Positions 13,946-30,709 of a DNA stretch of 64,000 nt are shown piece after piece. The stretch lies in the NCBI RefSeq assembly GCF_009914755.1, contig NC_060936.1; one strand, given 5' to 3'. This DNA comes from the human T2T-CHM13v2.0 reference genome, Homo sapiens. Below the pieces are notes generated by a model. That model was given only the letters and a program-made list of their open reading frames with translations. It searched no databases and had not been told where the DNA came from. Within the stretch, counting starts at the first letter, position 1. Every line of letters starts with the position of its first letter. Both the position numbers and the translations under genes were made by a program.

Positions 13946-14889
13946 AAGAATTAACCAGTCCTGAGCACCTGGGTAGTTAGATCATTCCTCAGCCATCTGA
14001 CCTCTGAGAGTTTAGCAACCTCCCCATCTACCTTGCAGGTGAGCAGAGGCAGAGGGCTCCCAATGCTGTTTTTCTGGCTTGCCGATAATTGTTTCTCATA
14101 CAAGCCAGTGTTTTATTGATTCACTATTGATTTTTGCGTTGGGCCAAGGAAATTCTTGGTTCATAAAGACAAAGGCAGCATTTTCCAGCCCAGGGGTCCC
14201 TGGTGGGTGTCAGGGGCATCACTTCCTGACTTGAATGGCTGACCTCTGCCTTGCTTGGGACAAATTCTTAATCAGAATCAGCCCTTCCCAATGGCCCCAT
14301 GTCTCTCTTGTGTCCCTTTATTGCTTCCATCAACCCTTCCCCCACTATCCCCCTGCTGGCTCCGTTTGACCTTTAATAAGCACTGCTTTTGTGCAGAGCT
14401 GGTGGTGAGTTATTGCCATGTGAGCAGCTCCCCAGGGCAGGTCACCCCCCAGCCCCTGGCCTCACTGCAGCTTGTAAGGGAAAATTACATTTTGATCTAC
14501 ATTCCTCATTTCCATTCTCTGTCATCTGGCTTTGGAGACAAAAGGAAGAAAATAATGTTTTCTTGTCCCCTCTCTCTGTCTTCCTCCTGGGTGATGCCTG
14601 TGCACACTTTCCTCTCCTCCCCCAGCTCTTTCTTCTTTCTGTTCAGTTGGGGAGAGAAAATGACCTTGTCAGGGATCTTCACCTACATCATCCACTCCTG
14701 GAAACCTGGGTTATCAAAAAAGCCCCAGCAGTCAGGGCAATATAACCCCTGAAAGTTGGAGATGGGCCTTGAGAAGAATAAAAAAAGCCATTTATCTTCA
14801 AGCCTTCCGTGACTGCTCGAGACCAGGCAGGGCTCTCTTTTAGATTGTTCTCACCACACCGTGCACCTCTTCTCTCTCCTTCACTTTTT

Positions 14890-16730
<1,841 letters not shown>

Positions 16731-16838
16731 AAATTATAGTCATTACTATAAGATTTGTTGTGTGATTAGAGCTCAGAGTCTGTCTTTCCAGGCTACAGGC
16801 TTCCACAGGGCAGCAAGCATTTCATTTTTGTGTACCAT

Positions 16839-17320
16839 TGTGGCAGATATGGAGATGCACTGCTCAGATCTTCCTTCAAGAAAGGACTCATTGCCCAGTT
16901 TCAATGAGTGAGGCTAACTGACAACCTCCAGCTGTTTGCTTAATCAGTATTTGCCTCAATTTTTAAACCAAAGTTATAATTCTCAGGAGAACCCCTGGCC
17001 AATGATTGAGCAAGATGATGAGAGCTGAGGGCATGCTATTCTCAAGACAGCCCCTAATCTATAGCTCAGAAAGGTGGTGGATGGTACAAGACCTGGTCAT
17101 TTCTGCTCAGTGGGTCACTCCTCTAAAGGGCAGTGCTTATTCCAGAGCCTCCAGTTTGGCTAGCAGAGACTTTGTCAGGTCCGCAGTTGGGTCTGATGTC
17201 TCCTCCTGCTCAGTTCAGCTTCCTCCCTTTCCTTTTTGCATGTAGAACTCCCCAGTCACCCCTTTGAATTCCTAAGTCTCTCCTGACTTCTGATTCCTGG
17301 GGAAGCCAACTTGCATGAAA
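16839..17320 (+). mobile_element. LTR16A-like ERVL solo LTR
   Basis: tgtggcag...ctcagatcttccttcaagaaaggac; gagactttgtcag; ctggggaagccaac. Confidence 0.65.
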
Positions 17321-17779
17321 TCATGTTATTCTCAGTATCTGGCTCATTGCTTGGCATATAATTCAATTTCTAGAAACACTTCCAAATAGAAAGAAAAGCA
17401 CTCCTGATGTGGAGCCTTGTGCATATAAGAAAACTCTGATTTTTTTTTTGTTGCCATCGATGTATAATTTTTCATCCTTGGTTCACTTGGTAGGAAGTCC
17501 AAGAATAAAAATTAATGAAGATGCATCACCTTTTTAGAAGTTTTGGCAAAATGAAGCCTCTTGATAGTGGGGTCAATTAGGATGATAAAGGGCCTAGAAT
17601 TGTGTGGTCTGAGGAAAGAGAAGGTTATTATGGGAGAAGATGAGTCCTCAGTGTGGACCACTGTGGTCAGAGTAGAGTGACAGCATAGGACAGTGCTAGG
17701 AAAGGAGGCTAGAGAGCTAACTTCAAATTTGAAAGGTGGAACATTTTTCTGTGTTGCTCCTCAAGGAAAAACTTGAATG

Positions 17780-18022
17780 CTAACTTCTTATCTTCCAGGT
17801 CTCAGATTAAATGTCACTTCCTCCAGGAAGCCTTCCCTGAACTTCCTCCCCTCTACCCCCAAGACTACATGAGGTCATCATGCATTCCTGTCATAACTCT
17901 GCACTTCTTTGAAACATTTTGTGAAGGCAGATCTAGGTCTGATTCATTTCCTCGTGGTATTTCTTCAGCAACAAGAACAGTTTCAGGCTTACAATAGATG
18001 CCTTATACACATTGGATGAATA
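17780..18022 (+). mobile_element. L2 3' end
   Basis: ctcagattaaatgtcacttcctccaggaagccttccctga; ggatgaataa tail. Confidence 0.7.
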
Positions 18023-19609
18023 AAAAAAACAAAACAAACAAACAAAAAACAAATGAGCTAGTGGTGAAAGTTGAAAAAGGAACAGATGTGGTTTTCATTA
18101 AAACAGTTCATAACACCAAGCCATGTCTATAGTAGAAGGGGTCGCTTCCAAGAGCTGGCTGAAAAGAGTAAGGACACAAACCCAAGGCTTTTGCCTTCTG
18201 GTCCTGTGAATTTTTGTGGCACCAAAGCTTCCTTGAACCTACAGCTTGTAGCCTCCTGCATTCTTCTTGCTTCTGTCTGCATCTTTCTCCATCCACTAAG
18301 AGAGACTTGAATTGTTCTCTAAAAAGGAACAATGTGGAGTAAAATAGATTTTCCATCAGCTAGGAAAACTAATGCAAGTTGGAATATTTAAGAGCTACCC
18401 AGAAGAATAAATTTTTGGCTTCTCTCAAGCTCTAATACATTTCCCCAGTATGAGAATTTACCATTTACCATTTACTGAGCACTTACTAGGCAGAAGACAC
18501 TGTGTAATCAATGTGACATACAAACTATGAATCTTCAAATTCCTCTGCTTGATGGGAATTGTTACCTCCCAAATATGAAAATTTCGTGGTTTTCTTCAAC
18601 TACCTTGGAATTCAGTGCTAATATCCCACTGTTTAAGGGAGCCAGTCTAGGCATACGACCAGCTTGGTAGTGGCATTCTACTATAGGATCAGTAGACTGA
18701 CTCCAGACAGTGGGCCGAGTGTCTTCTTGCACCATTCAATGTGACTCAGATGATTTTGATAAACAGCCCAAGAAACTAGATGTGACATTTATGTTTGGAC
18801 TTAGTCCCACAACCATGTAACACCCAGAAGGCTCTAACAAGCAAAAGTAAAACTTTAATTTTATTATACAGATTTTTTTTTACAGTCTTGAATAAAGGGG
18901 AGTGACATTCAGAAGTACCTCCCAAATCATCAGAGAGAGAGAGAGATTCAATTATGTTTGCTGTCATTTGCGTTATCTGTACTTTGAAGAATGCTAATTT
19001 TCTAAAAATTGGTTACCTGAGTATGGTAAAAAAAGAAAAAGAAAAAGAAAAGTATCTCCCTAATCAAACAAGCTTTAGTTCCCTGAAAAGCTTAGTGGTG
19101 GGAAAATTCAAGCCCTTTTCTTTTCTGGGAAATTGGGTTATGTTGTATAAGGTCGCCAGTGCAAGTGTGAGAGTCCTGATAAATTTTCTTTTGCATTTAT
19201 AAAAGGAAGCAAAAGTGACATCTGAATAAGGAAGCCATCCAGGAGAGTTTGTGCATATAAAATTATTCATAATGGATTATATATAATTAATCTTCATGCC
19301 TCATTCTCAGCTCCCCAGAAAATGTGCGTCTACCTTTGCAAACTTGCAGGCAATTGGTCAGAATGGTGAGAGTGAGTGTTAATCTTGAGGAAACCCAGTC
19401 CCAGCCAAGTGTAGATGCTTTAGTCAGGCTTCTTTTGATTGGAGTCAATAGAAACCCCCTCCACTTAGCTCCAGCACAATGGAGGCTTTGCTGTAAGATG
19501 CAGAAAGATCTCTTGGGAGTCCAGAGAAAGCAGAACTGTAGTCCTCAGGAAGGACAAGGTGCATACCAGGAACCAAGAGGGTGGTGGTAAGAAAAATAGG
19601 CTCTTCCAA

Positions 19610-19775
19610 TCGCTTGCTGTGTGACCCCAGGTAAGTTACTTTGCTTCTCTGTGCCTTAATCTCAACAGGGGAGATGATAGTGTATATACTGCCATTGTCA
19701 ATATAAAATGAGTTAATAATTGTGCTACGCTTAGCACATACTATATGCTCAATAAATATTAGCTGTTATTATTAT
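19610..19775 (+). mobile_element. MIR fragment
   Basis: gctgtgtgacc...aagttactt...ctctgtgcct; tgctcaataaatattagctgttatt. Confidence 0.7.
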
Positions 19776-20767
19776 AAACTTTTAAAAATTACATTTGTGC
19801 AGCTGTTTCATCTTCCTTTTGGTTGCTCATGACTTCAGCCTTTACGGTGGCTCCTGAGTCCACCTGAGATTTTAAGTTCTAGTGCCTGTAACTCCCCAGA
19901 AATGATGCCTCCTCTCAGTTGAAGTTGCTAAGAGGAATAATCTGATTGACTCATCCCACCCAAATCACAGGCCCTTGCCAGCTCATGGCTGGGATCCCTC
20001 TGGGACAGAGATCTCCCTGGTCCTTCTGTCAGGGGATGGGGTCCCATCAGCAGGGTTGTAGGTGAGGAGTTTCTCATTAGGGGGCATGGGTGAGCAACAG
20101 GCAGCTGGAGCACATCTAGGAGCACAGGTGTGGTCACTTCTGGCTGGGAGGTAAAGGAAGACCTTTCGTGGGCTTCAGGAACAGGATTATGTGTGGGGCT
20201 GTAGTTATCAGTGTAAATTGGAAGCAGTAGTTAGGGATGAACCATCATGGTAGTTTCAACTTACTTATAAATGGAATAACAAATATGTATGTATATACAG
20301 TATGTGTCATTTAACGATGGGGATATGACTGAGCCTGTGTAGCTCTTAGGCTACAAACCTGTACACCATGTTACCGTGCTGAACACTGCGGGCAATTGTA
20401 ACACAATGGTAAGTATTTGTGCATCTAAATATAGAAAAGATACGGTAAACATACAATATGAAAAACAAAGGGTATGCCTGTATAGGGCACTTGCCATGAG
20501 TGAAACTTGCAGGACTGAAAGCTGCTCTGGGTGAGCCAGTGAGTGAGTAGTGAGTGAGCATGAAGGCCTAGGTCATTGCTGTACACTACTGTAGACTCTG
20601 TAAACACCATACACACAGGTTACACTCAATTTATTTAGTTTTTAATTGTCTTTCTTTAATAATAGATTAACTTTAGTTTGCTGCAACTTTTTTATTTTGT
20701 AAATGTTTTTAGTTTTTTAAAACTTTTTGCCTTTTTTGTAATAACACTTAGCTTAAAACACAAACAC

Positions 20768-21218
<451 letters not shown>

Positions 21219-21496
21219 GAAATAGGATCTCACTCTGATGCCCAGGTTGGAATGCAGTAGCACAATCATAGCTCAATGCAGCCTCACACTCCTGGACTCA
21301 AGCAATCCTCCCATGTCAGCCTCCCAAGTAGCTAGTACTACAGATGCACGCCACCATGCCAGGCTATTTTTATTTTTCATAGCGACAGGGTCTCGTATGT
21401 TGCCCAGTCTGGTCTTGAATTCCTGGCCTCAAGTGATCCTCCTGCCTTGGCCTTCCAACATGCTAGGATTACTGGCATGAGCCACTGCATCCAGCC
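21219..21496 (-). mobile_element. AluJ
   Basis: cacaatcatagctcaatgcagcctc...ggactcaagcaatcctcc. Confidence 0.9.
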
Positions 21497-21923
21497 ACTT
21501 TCTTTCTTTATATCCTTATTCTATGAATTTTTAAAATTTTTTAAAACTTTTTTTTGTTGAAAACAAAAACACAAATATATACATTATCTTAGGCCTACAC
21601 AGGGTCAGGATTCTCAACATCATTGTTTTCCACCCCCATATCGTGTCCTACTGGAAGGTCTTCAGGGGGAATAACATGCATGGAACTGTCATCTCCTATG
21701 ATAACAATGCTTTCTTCTGGAATACCTCCTGAAGGAGCTGCCTGAGGCTATTTTATGGTTAACTTTTAAAAACTATAAGTAGAAGGAGTACACTAAAAAA
21801 ATAATGACAGGAAGTATGGTAGAATAAATATATAAACCAGTTACAGTCATTTATTATCAAGTATGTACTGTACATAATTGTATATGCTATGCTTTTGTAA
21901 AATATTTTTTCATTTTTTTTCTT

Positions 21924-22054
21924 CTATGTGGCATGGTTGATGTTGAGCCTGTGATGAGAAAGCTGGCCCCAGATTTCTCCAAGTCCACATTTCTGTCCCT
22001 CCAATTCTTACATGTCCAAAGACAAGGAATTATAGACATGCCTTTGTAGGAGGG
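21924..22054 (-). ncRNA. SNORA38: H/ACA snoRNA retrocopy, SNORA38 (ACA38) family; expression unknown
   Basis: minus strand reads CCCTCCTACAAAGGCATGTCTATAATTCCTTGTCTTTGGACATGTAAGAATTGGAGGG-ACAGAA(H box)-ATGTGGACTTGGAGAAATCTGGGGCCAGC...CCATGCC-ACA-TAG, 131 nt; A-rich tail 21896-21923; TSD 21880-21895/22056-22071; family recognised from memory. Confidence 0.85.
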
Positions 22055-22262
22055 CGTGTGTGCTATACTTTCATATGACTGGAAGTGCAGTAGGTTTGTT
22101 TACATCAGCATCACCACAAAAACTTGAGTAATGTATTGCAGTACAGCATTACAATGGTTAAGACATCACTGGGCAATAGAAAGTTTTTAGCTCCATTATA
22201 ATCTTACGGAACCACCATCATGTATGTGTTCCATTGACTGAAATGTCATTATGCAACACATG

Positions 22263-22266
<4 letters not shown>

Positions 22267-22308
<42 letters not shown>
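22267..22308. repeat. (TG)n microsatellite
   Basis: about 21 perfect units. Confidence 0.97.
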
Positions 22309-22313
<5 letters not shown>

Positions 22314-22499
22314 CTTCTGAGAGAGGGAGGGCAACAGAATTTGATGAATCTAGTTGAAGGGTATATGTGTTCAGTAAACTATTCTTTTAACTTTACTGTA
22401 GGTTTTAATTTTTTCAAAATTTAAAGAATGAGAAAAATCACAGTTTAACAAATAAAGCAAATATTCTCATAATAGATACAAATAAGTATGTAAATGCAC

Positions 22500-22655
22500 A
22501 AAGTGGGTAGTAAGCAAATGAGCTCAGGACTCAGCAAAGCCCAGATCTGCTTATCTCTTCTCTAAGTGATATTTTTCTCTCTGAGCTTCCACTTCTGCAT
22601 CTGTTAAATGGGCTCACATTACTGCCTCCTAGCCTGCTGAGGGGTTTCATTTATT
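22500..22655 (+). mobile_element. MIR fragment
   Basis: ctctctgagcttccacttctgcatctgttaaatggg. Confidence 0.55.
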
Positions 22656-22786
22656 GACAGATATGCCATGCTGGACTGATGTTCAGCTGGTAGGCATTGG
22701 TATAGCTGTGCTGGTTATTTGCAGCTAGCATCCACTCTGACTGGTTGGGTTGTCCTGGTTGTGAAAAATATGTTTGAATACTGTTC

Positions 22787-23970
<1,184 letters not shown>

Positions 23971-24159
23971 AATGTCCGTTTAAACCACAAATAGATGAAT
24001 AGATAGATGTATGAGGGTGGATGGATTTAATACATAGAAGCAAGAATGAGAAAATCATTGAAAAATGGACAAATAAGTGAGTGGATATTTGAATGAATAA
24101 ATGACTGAAACAATGAGGAGAGAAGGATTTAATAATTAATTTATGAATAATAAAAAAAC

Positions 24160-24392
24160 TTTTATTGAGGTCTTTCTAAGTCCCAGATACTCTGCTAAGC
24201 AATGTACATGCATTATCTCATTTAATCCTTACAAGAACCCTATAAAATAGACACCATTGTCATTCCTATTTTATAAAGGGAAACTGAGGCAGAGAGAAGT
24301 AAAATAATTTACCCAAGATCACACATCTGGGAGTAATGGTGCCAGCATCCCAATGAATGCTTTTGTTTCTGTCCTTAACCACTGTGGTACCC
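24160..24392 (-). mobile_element. MIR
   Basis: atctcatttaatcctt...aagggaaactgaggcagagagaagtaaaataatttacccaagatcacac. Confidence 0.8.
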
Positions 24393-24395
24393 TGT

Positions 24396-24769
24396 TGTCT
24401 TAGTCTGTTTGGCTGTTGTAAGAAAATACCATCAACTGCATAGCTTATCAAGGACAGAAGTTAATTTCTCACAGTTATACAAGCTGAAAAGTCCAAGTTG
24501 ACAGTGCCAGCATGGTTGAGTTCTTGTGAGGGTCCTTTTCTGGGTTGCAGACTTACTTCTTACTGTCTAGAAGCAAGACCACTACCCTCACGTGGTGAAA
24601 GGGGTAATTTCCCTTGGGCCTATTTTGTAACGGCACAAATCCCATTCATGATGACTCTATCCTCATCATCTAATCACATCCCAAAGGCCCCACCTCTTAA
24701 CACCACCGCACTGGGGATTAGGTTTCAATGTATGAATACTGGCGGGACAGAGATATTCAGACCATAGCA
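24396..24769 (-). mobile_element. MLT1A/MSTD-type MaLR solo LTR
   Basis: tgtcttagtctgtttgg...ttcagaccatagca; near-TSD cctgt/actgt. Confidence 0.8.
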
Positions 24770-24844
24770 ACTGTGGACCAGAAATATGTGGATTTATTTT
24801 ACTCCTTGGATAGCTGTTGGTCCCAGCACCTCAAGCCAGCTTAG

Positions 24845-25400
24845 AGATTCATTCATACATTCCACAGATATATATTGAGCACTTACCATATTCCAAGTCC
24901 TCTTCTAAGCACCAGGGATACATCAGCGAACAAGCAGACATGGGTCCTCCATACATAGCTTACGCTTCCATAGGGAAGACTGAAAATGAACAAATACGTA
25001 GAAGTAAATGCTATGCAGAAAAACAAATCATGCAAAGAATTATAGGAAAGAGGTGTAGAGGGAAGCTATTTTAGATACAGTGGTCAGGAAACATCTTGCA
25101 GAGGAGGTACAAAGACCTGAATTATGCAAAGATCAGAGGTGAGGGCATTCCAGGCAAAGAGCACAGAAAGTGCAAAGGTGCCGAGGTAGAAATGAGCATA
25201 GAAGGTCTGAAGACTAGGAAGGAGGATGGCATGGTTGGACTGGTGTAAGCAAAAGGGGGTGTGATAGGACATACAGAGAGGGAGACAGGTGCTAGACCTT
25301 TATCCTGGATTTTATAGGTCAAGATTTAAAAAATGGACTTTGTTTTAAAGGAGATACAGTGTCTGAATTACATTGTAAAATATCACTGTGGCTGCTGTGG
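24845..25400 (-). mobile_element. L2 3' region
   Basis: attcattcat...tattgagcactta; gcattccaggcaaagagcacag...tgcaaagg. Confidence 0.7.
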
Positions 25401-27289
25401 GTTGTTCCATTACTTTTGTCCTCAACCCAGAAAAACAATGGTATAAGAATAAAGAGCACTAGTTTGTCCTACTCTAAATGATTCCCCTCCTCTCCCTTCC
25501 TTCTTGGAACCCCATCTGCCATTGACACTACTACCAGTTGGTACCAGCACATTTACTGCAAGCCATCCTCTTCTTGTGCTCTGTCTTCTCCTGGGGATCC
25601 TGGGCCTTGCTACTCATCCCAAAGACCCAGTCACCAGAAAAGTAAAATGGCAGCAATGTATATATCCAACAATAGGGGATTGGTTATGCAAATCTATTTA
25701 CTATAACACTTTTGACCGTCAAAAATGATGTCGGGACAATGACAGGATCAAATCTGTCCATACCAATATTAACCTTGAATGTATATGGGCCAAACACTCT
25801 ACTTAAAAGGTACATAGTGGCAAGTTGGATAAAGAAGCAAGAACCAACTGTATGCTGTCTTCAAGAGACTTTTCTCACATGCAGTGACACCCATAGGCTT
25901 AAAGTAAAGGGATGGAGAAAAATCCACAAAGCAAATGGAAAATAAAAAAGGAATAGGAGTTGCTATTCTAATTTTAGACAAAACAGACTAAACCAACAAC
26001 AACAACAACAAAAAGAAGGGCGTTACATAATGATAAAAGGTTCAATTCAACAAGAAGACTTAACTATCCTAAATATATATGCACCCAACACTAGAGCACC
26101 CAGATTCATAAAACAAGTTCTTAGAGATCTATGAAGAGGCTTAGATAGCCACACAATAATAATGGCAAACTTCAACACCCCACTGACAGTATTAGACAGA
26201 TCATCAAGGCAGAAAACTAACAAAGATATTCAGGACTTTTAATGCTTGACCAAATGGACCTAACAGACATTGATAGAACACTTCACCGAATAACAACAGA
26301 ATATACTTTCTTCTTATCTGCACATGGCACATACTCTAAAACCGACCACACAATGGGACAAAAAACAATTCTCAACAAATTAAAAAAAAGTCATATTAAT
26401 CACACTCTGGGATCATAGTACAATAAAAATAGAAATCAATACTAAGAAGATCTCTCAAAAACCACGCAATTACATGGAAATTAAGCAATCTGTTTCTGAA
26501 TGCCTTTTGAGTAAACAATGAAATTAAGACAGAAATCAAAAAATTATTTGAAAGCAATGAAAACAAAGATAAAACATATTAGAATCTCTGGGACAAAGTT
26601 AAAGCAGTGTTAAGAGGAAAGTTCATAGCACTACACACCCACATCAAAAAGTTAGAAAGATCTCAAATTAACAACCTAAAGTCACACTTAGAGGAACTAG
26701 AAAAACAAGAGCAAACCAACCCCAAAGCCAGAAGAAGAAAATAAATAACCAAAATCAGAGCTGAACTGACTGAAATTGAGATATGAAAAACCATAAAAAA
26801 GATCAATGAAACCAATAGTTTGTTTTTGACAGAATAAATAAGATTGATAGACTATTAGCTAGACTAATAAAGAAAAAAAGAGCAATCCAAATCAACACAA
26901 TCAGAAATGACAAATGAGACATTACTACCAATACCTCAGAAATACAAAAAAAATCCTCAGAGACTATTATGAACACCTCTATGCAACTTACGTAGAAAAA
27001 CTGGAAGAAAGAGATAAATTCCTGGAAAAATAACCTCCCAAGGTTGAACTAGAAAGAAATTGAAACCCTAAACAGACCAATAAGAAGCTCTGAAAGTGAA
27101 TTCATAATAAAAAGCCTACCAAGCAGAAAAAGCTCTGGAGCAGATGAATTCACAGCTGAATTCTACCAGATGTATAAAGAAGACCTGGTACCAATCTTAC
27201 TGAAACTATTCCAAAAAAGTGAGAAAGAGGGACTCCTCCCTAACTCATTATATGAGGCCAGCATCATTCTGATATTAAAACCCAGCAGA

Positions 27290-28170
27290 TTCTGGATATT
27301 AGACCTTTGTCAGAGGAACTTAAACAAATTTACAAGAGAAAAAACATTAAAAAGTGGGCAAAGGACATGAACAGACACTTCTCAAAAGACATTCGTGTGG
27401 ACAGCAAACCTATGAAAAAAAGCTCAACACCACAGATTATTAGAGAAATGCAAATCAAAACCACAGTAAGATACCATCTCAAACCAGTCAGAATGGCAAT
27501 TTTTAAAAAGTCAAGAAACAATAGATACAGGCAAGGTTGTAGAGAAATAGGAATGCTTTTACACTGTTGGTGGGAATGTGTATTAGTTCAACCATTGCAG
27601 AAGATGGTGTGATGATTCCTCAAAGGTCTAGAACCAGAAAAACCACTTGACCGAGATATCTGATTACTGGGTATATACGCAAAAGAATATAAATCATTCT
27701 ATTATAAAGATACATGCACGTGAATGTTCAGTGCAGCACTATTCACAATAGCAAAGACATGGAATCAACTCAAATGCCCTTCAATGATAGACAATGGTAC
27801 AAATATGCCATGGAATACTATGCAGTCATAAAAAGGAAAGAGACCATGTCCTTTACAGGGACATGGAAGGAGCTGGAAGCCATTATTCTCAGCAAACTAA
27901 TGCAGGAACAGAAAATCAAACACTGCATGTTCTCACTTGTAAGTGGGAGCTGAACAATGAGAACACACAGACACAGGGAAAGGAACAACACACACTGGGA
28001 CCTTTTGGGGGATGGAGTGGGGGAAGGGAGAACATTAGGAAAAATAGCTAAAGTGTGCTGGGCTTGATACCTAAGTGATGGGTTTATAGGTGCAGCAAAC
28101 CACCATGGCACAAGTTTACCTATGTAAAAAACCTATACATCCTGCACATGTACCCCAGAACTTAAAAAAA
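27290..28170 (+). mobile_element. younger L1PA 3' fragment nested in L1 ORF2, with short 5' inversion
   Basis: TSD aaaacc(ca/tg)gcaga at 27277-27289 and 28171-28183; host L1 resumes exactly; 27289-27314 is antisense L1. Confidence 0.9.
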
Positions 28171-28903
28171 AAAACCTGGCAGAGACACAATAAAAAAAAA
28201 GAAAACTTCAGGCCAACATCCCTGATGAACATAGATGCAAAAATCCTCAACAAAACACTAGCAAACTGAATATAGCAGCACTTCAAAAAGCTAATCCATT
28301 ACGATTAAGTAGGCTTTATTCCTGGGATGCAAGGTTGGTTCAATATATGCAAATCAGTAAATGTGAATCGTCATATAAACAGAACTAACAAGGAAAACCA
28401 CATGATCATTTCAATAGATGCAGAAAAGACTTTTGATAAAATTCAACATTCCTTCATGTTAAAAACCCTCAACAAACTAGGCATTGAAGGAACATACCTC
28501 AAAATAGTAAGAGCCATCTATGACAAGGCCATAGCCAGCATCAAACTGAATGGCAAAAGGTGGAAGCATTCCCCTTGAGAACTATAATAAGACAACAATG
28601 CTTATTCTCATCACTCCTTTTCAACGTAGAACTGAAAGTCCTAGTCAGAGTAATCAGGCAAGAGAAAGAAATAAAAGGCATCCAAATAGCAAGGGAAGAA
28701 GGCAAACTATCTCTCTTCATAGATGATATGATTTGATACCTAGAAAATCCCATCGTTTTTGCCCAAACTTGTAGATCTGATAAACAACTTCAGCAAAGTT
28801 TCAGCATACAAAATCAATGTACAAAAATCAGTAGCATTCCTATACACTAACAATTTCCAAGCTGAGAGCCAAATCAAAAATGCAATCCCATTCACAATAG
28901 ATG

Positions 28904-28929
28904 CACACACACACACACACACACACACA
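28904..28929. repeat. (CA)n microsatellite in L1
   Basis: direct reading. Confidence 0.9.
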
Positions 28930-30709
28930 ACCTAGGAATAGAGCTAACCAGGAAGGTGAAAGATCTCTGCAACAAGAATTACAAAACACTGCTAAAGAAC
29001 TCAGAGATGACACAAATGGAAAAACATTCCATGCTCATGGATAGGAAGAATCAATATTGTTAAAACAACCATACCGGCCAAAGCAATTTACAAATCCAAT
29101 GCTACTCGTATCAAACTACGAATGACATTTTTCACAGAATCAGAAAAAGCTATTATAAAATTCATATTGAACTAAAAAAGGGACCAAATAGTCAATGCAA
29201 TCTTAAGTAAATTGAAAAAAGCTGTAGGCATCACATTAGCCCACTTCAAATTGTACTACAGTAACCAAAACAGCATGGTACTGGTACAAAAACAGAAACA
29301 TAGAACAATGGAACAAAACAGAGAACCCAGAGATAAAGCCTGTTGATCTTCAACAAAGTTGACAAAAACAAGCAATGGGGAAAGGACTCCCATTCAATAA
29401 ATGGTGCTGGGATAACTGGCTAGCCATATGCAGGAGATTAAAACTGGACCCCTTCCTTTCACCATATACAAAAATCAACTCAAGGTGGATTAAATACTTA
29501 AATGTAAAACCTGTAATTATAAAGACCCTAGAAGAAAACCTAGGAAATAACATTCTGGACATAGGTCCTGGCAAAGATTTCAAGACGAACATGCCAAAAG
29601 CAATTGCAACAAAAACAAAAATTGACAAATGGGATCTAATTAAACTGAAGAGCTCCTGCACAGCAAAAGAAACTATCCACAGAGTAAACAGACAACCTAC
29701 AGAATGGGAGAAAATATTTGCAAGCTATGCATCGACAAAGGTCTAATATCCACAATCTATAAGGAACCTAAACATATTAACAAGCAAAAAGCAAACAACT
29801 CCATTAAAAAGTAGACAAAGGACATAAACAGACACTTTTCAAAAGGAGATGTACATGCAGCCAACAACCATATGAAAAAATGCTCAATATCACTAATCAT
29901 TAGAGAAGCGCAAATCAAAACCACAATGAGATACCATCTCACACCAGTCAGAATGGCTATTATTCAAAAGTAAAAAAATAATAATAATAACAGATGCTGG
30001 CAAGATTGCCAAGAAAAGGGAATACTTCTACTCTGCTGGTGGGAATGTAAATTAGTTCAGCTACTATGGAAAGCAATTTGGATATTTTTCAAGAAACTTA
30101 AAACAAAACTACTATTTGGCCCAGCAATTCCATTGCTGTGTGTATACCCAAAGGAATATAAATTATTCTACCATAAAAGCACATGTATGCATATGTTCAT
30201 CACAGCACTATCCACAATAGCAAAGACATAAAATCAACCTAAGTACCCATCAACAGAGGACTGGGTAAAGAAAATGTGATACATATACACCATGGAATAA
30301 CTATGCAGCCATAAAAAAGAATGAGATCACGTCCTTTGCAACAACATGGATGGAGCTGGAGGCCATTATCCTAAGTGAATTAATGCAGGTACAGAAAACC
30401 AAATACCACATGTCCTCATGTATAAGTGGGAGCCAAACACTGACTACACGTGAAGAAGTTGATAATAAACAGCACGATCTACATGAGAATGTAGGGTGGG
30501 AGAAGGATGATAATCCGAAAGCTACCTATCAGGTACTATGCTTATTACCTGGGTAACAAAATAATCTGTAGACCAAACCTCTGTGACATGCAATTTACCT
30601 ACAAAACAAACAAACCTGCACATGTACCTCCTGAACCTAAAATAAAAGCTGGAAAGAAAAAAATGATTGCTGATGTTATATCAATATTATATATTATAAT
30701 ACCAACAAT

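Larger units (their letters stand above)
25730..30657 (+). mobile_element. L1PA13-16-like LINE-1, truncated near the ORF2 start; ORF2 disrupted
   Basis: ATG ACA GGA TCA AAT (MTGSN) at 25739; EN remnant ILTLNVYG...VCCLQET; RT remnant MQGWFNI...[13 protein letters not shown]; many stops and frameshifts; 3' UTR and A tail; probable TSD aaaaatgat. Confidence 0.92.

Noticed and set aside
14255-14752. 165-aa ORF in unique DNA
   Set aside because: Non-ATG start, no recognisable domain, pyrimidine-rich composition; consistent with chance
25712-30556. Endonuclease/RT-like ORFs as an active retroelement or novel RT system
   Set aside because: Ordinary L1 ORF2 remnants with stops, frameshifts, a nested insertion and no ORF1 or promoter
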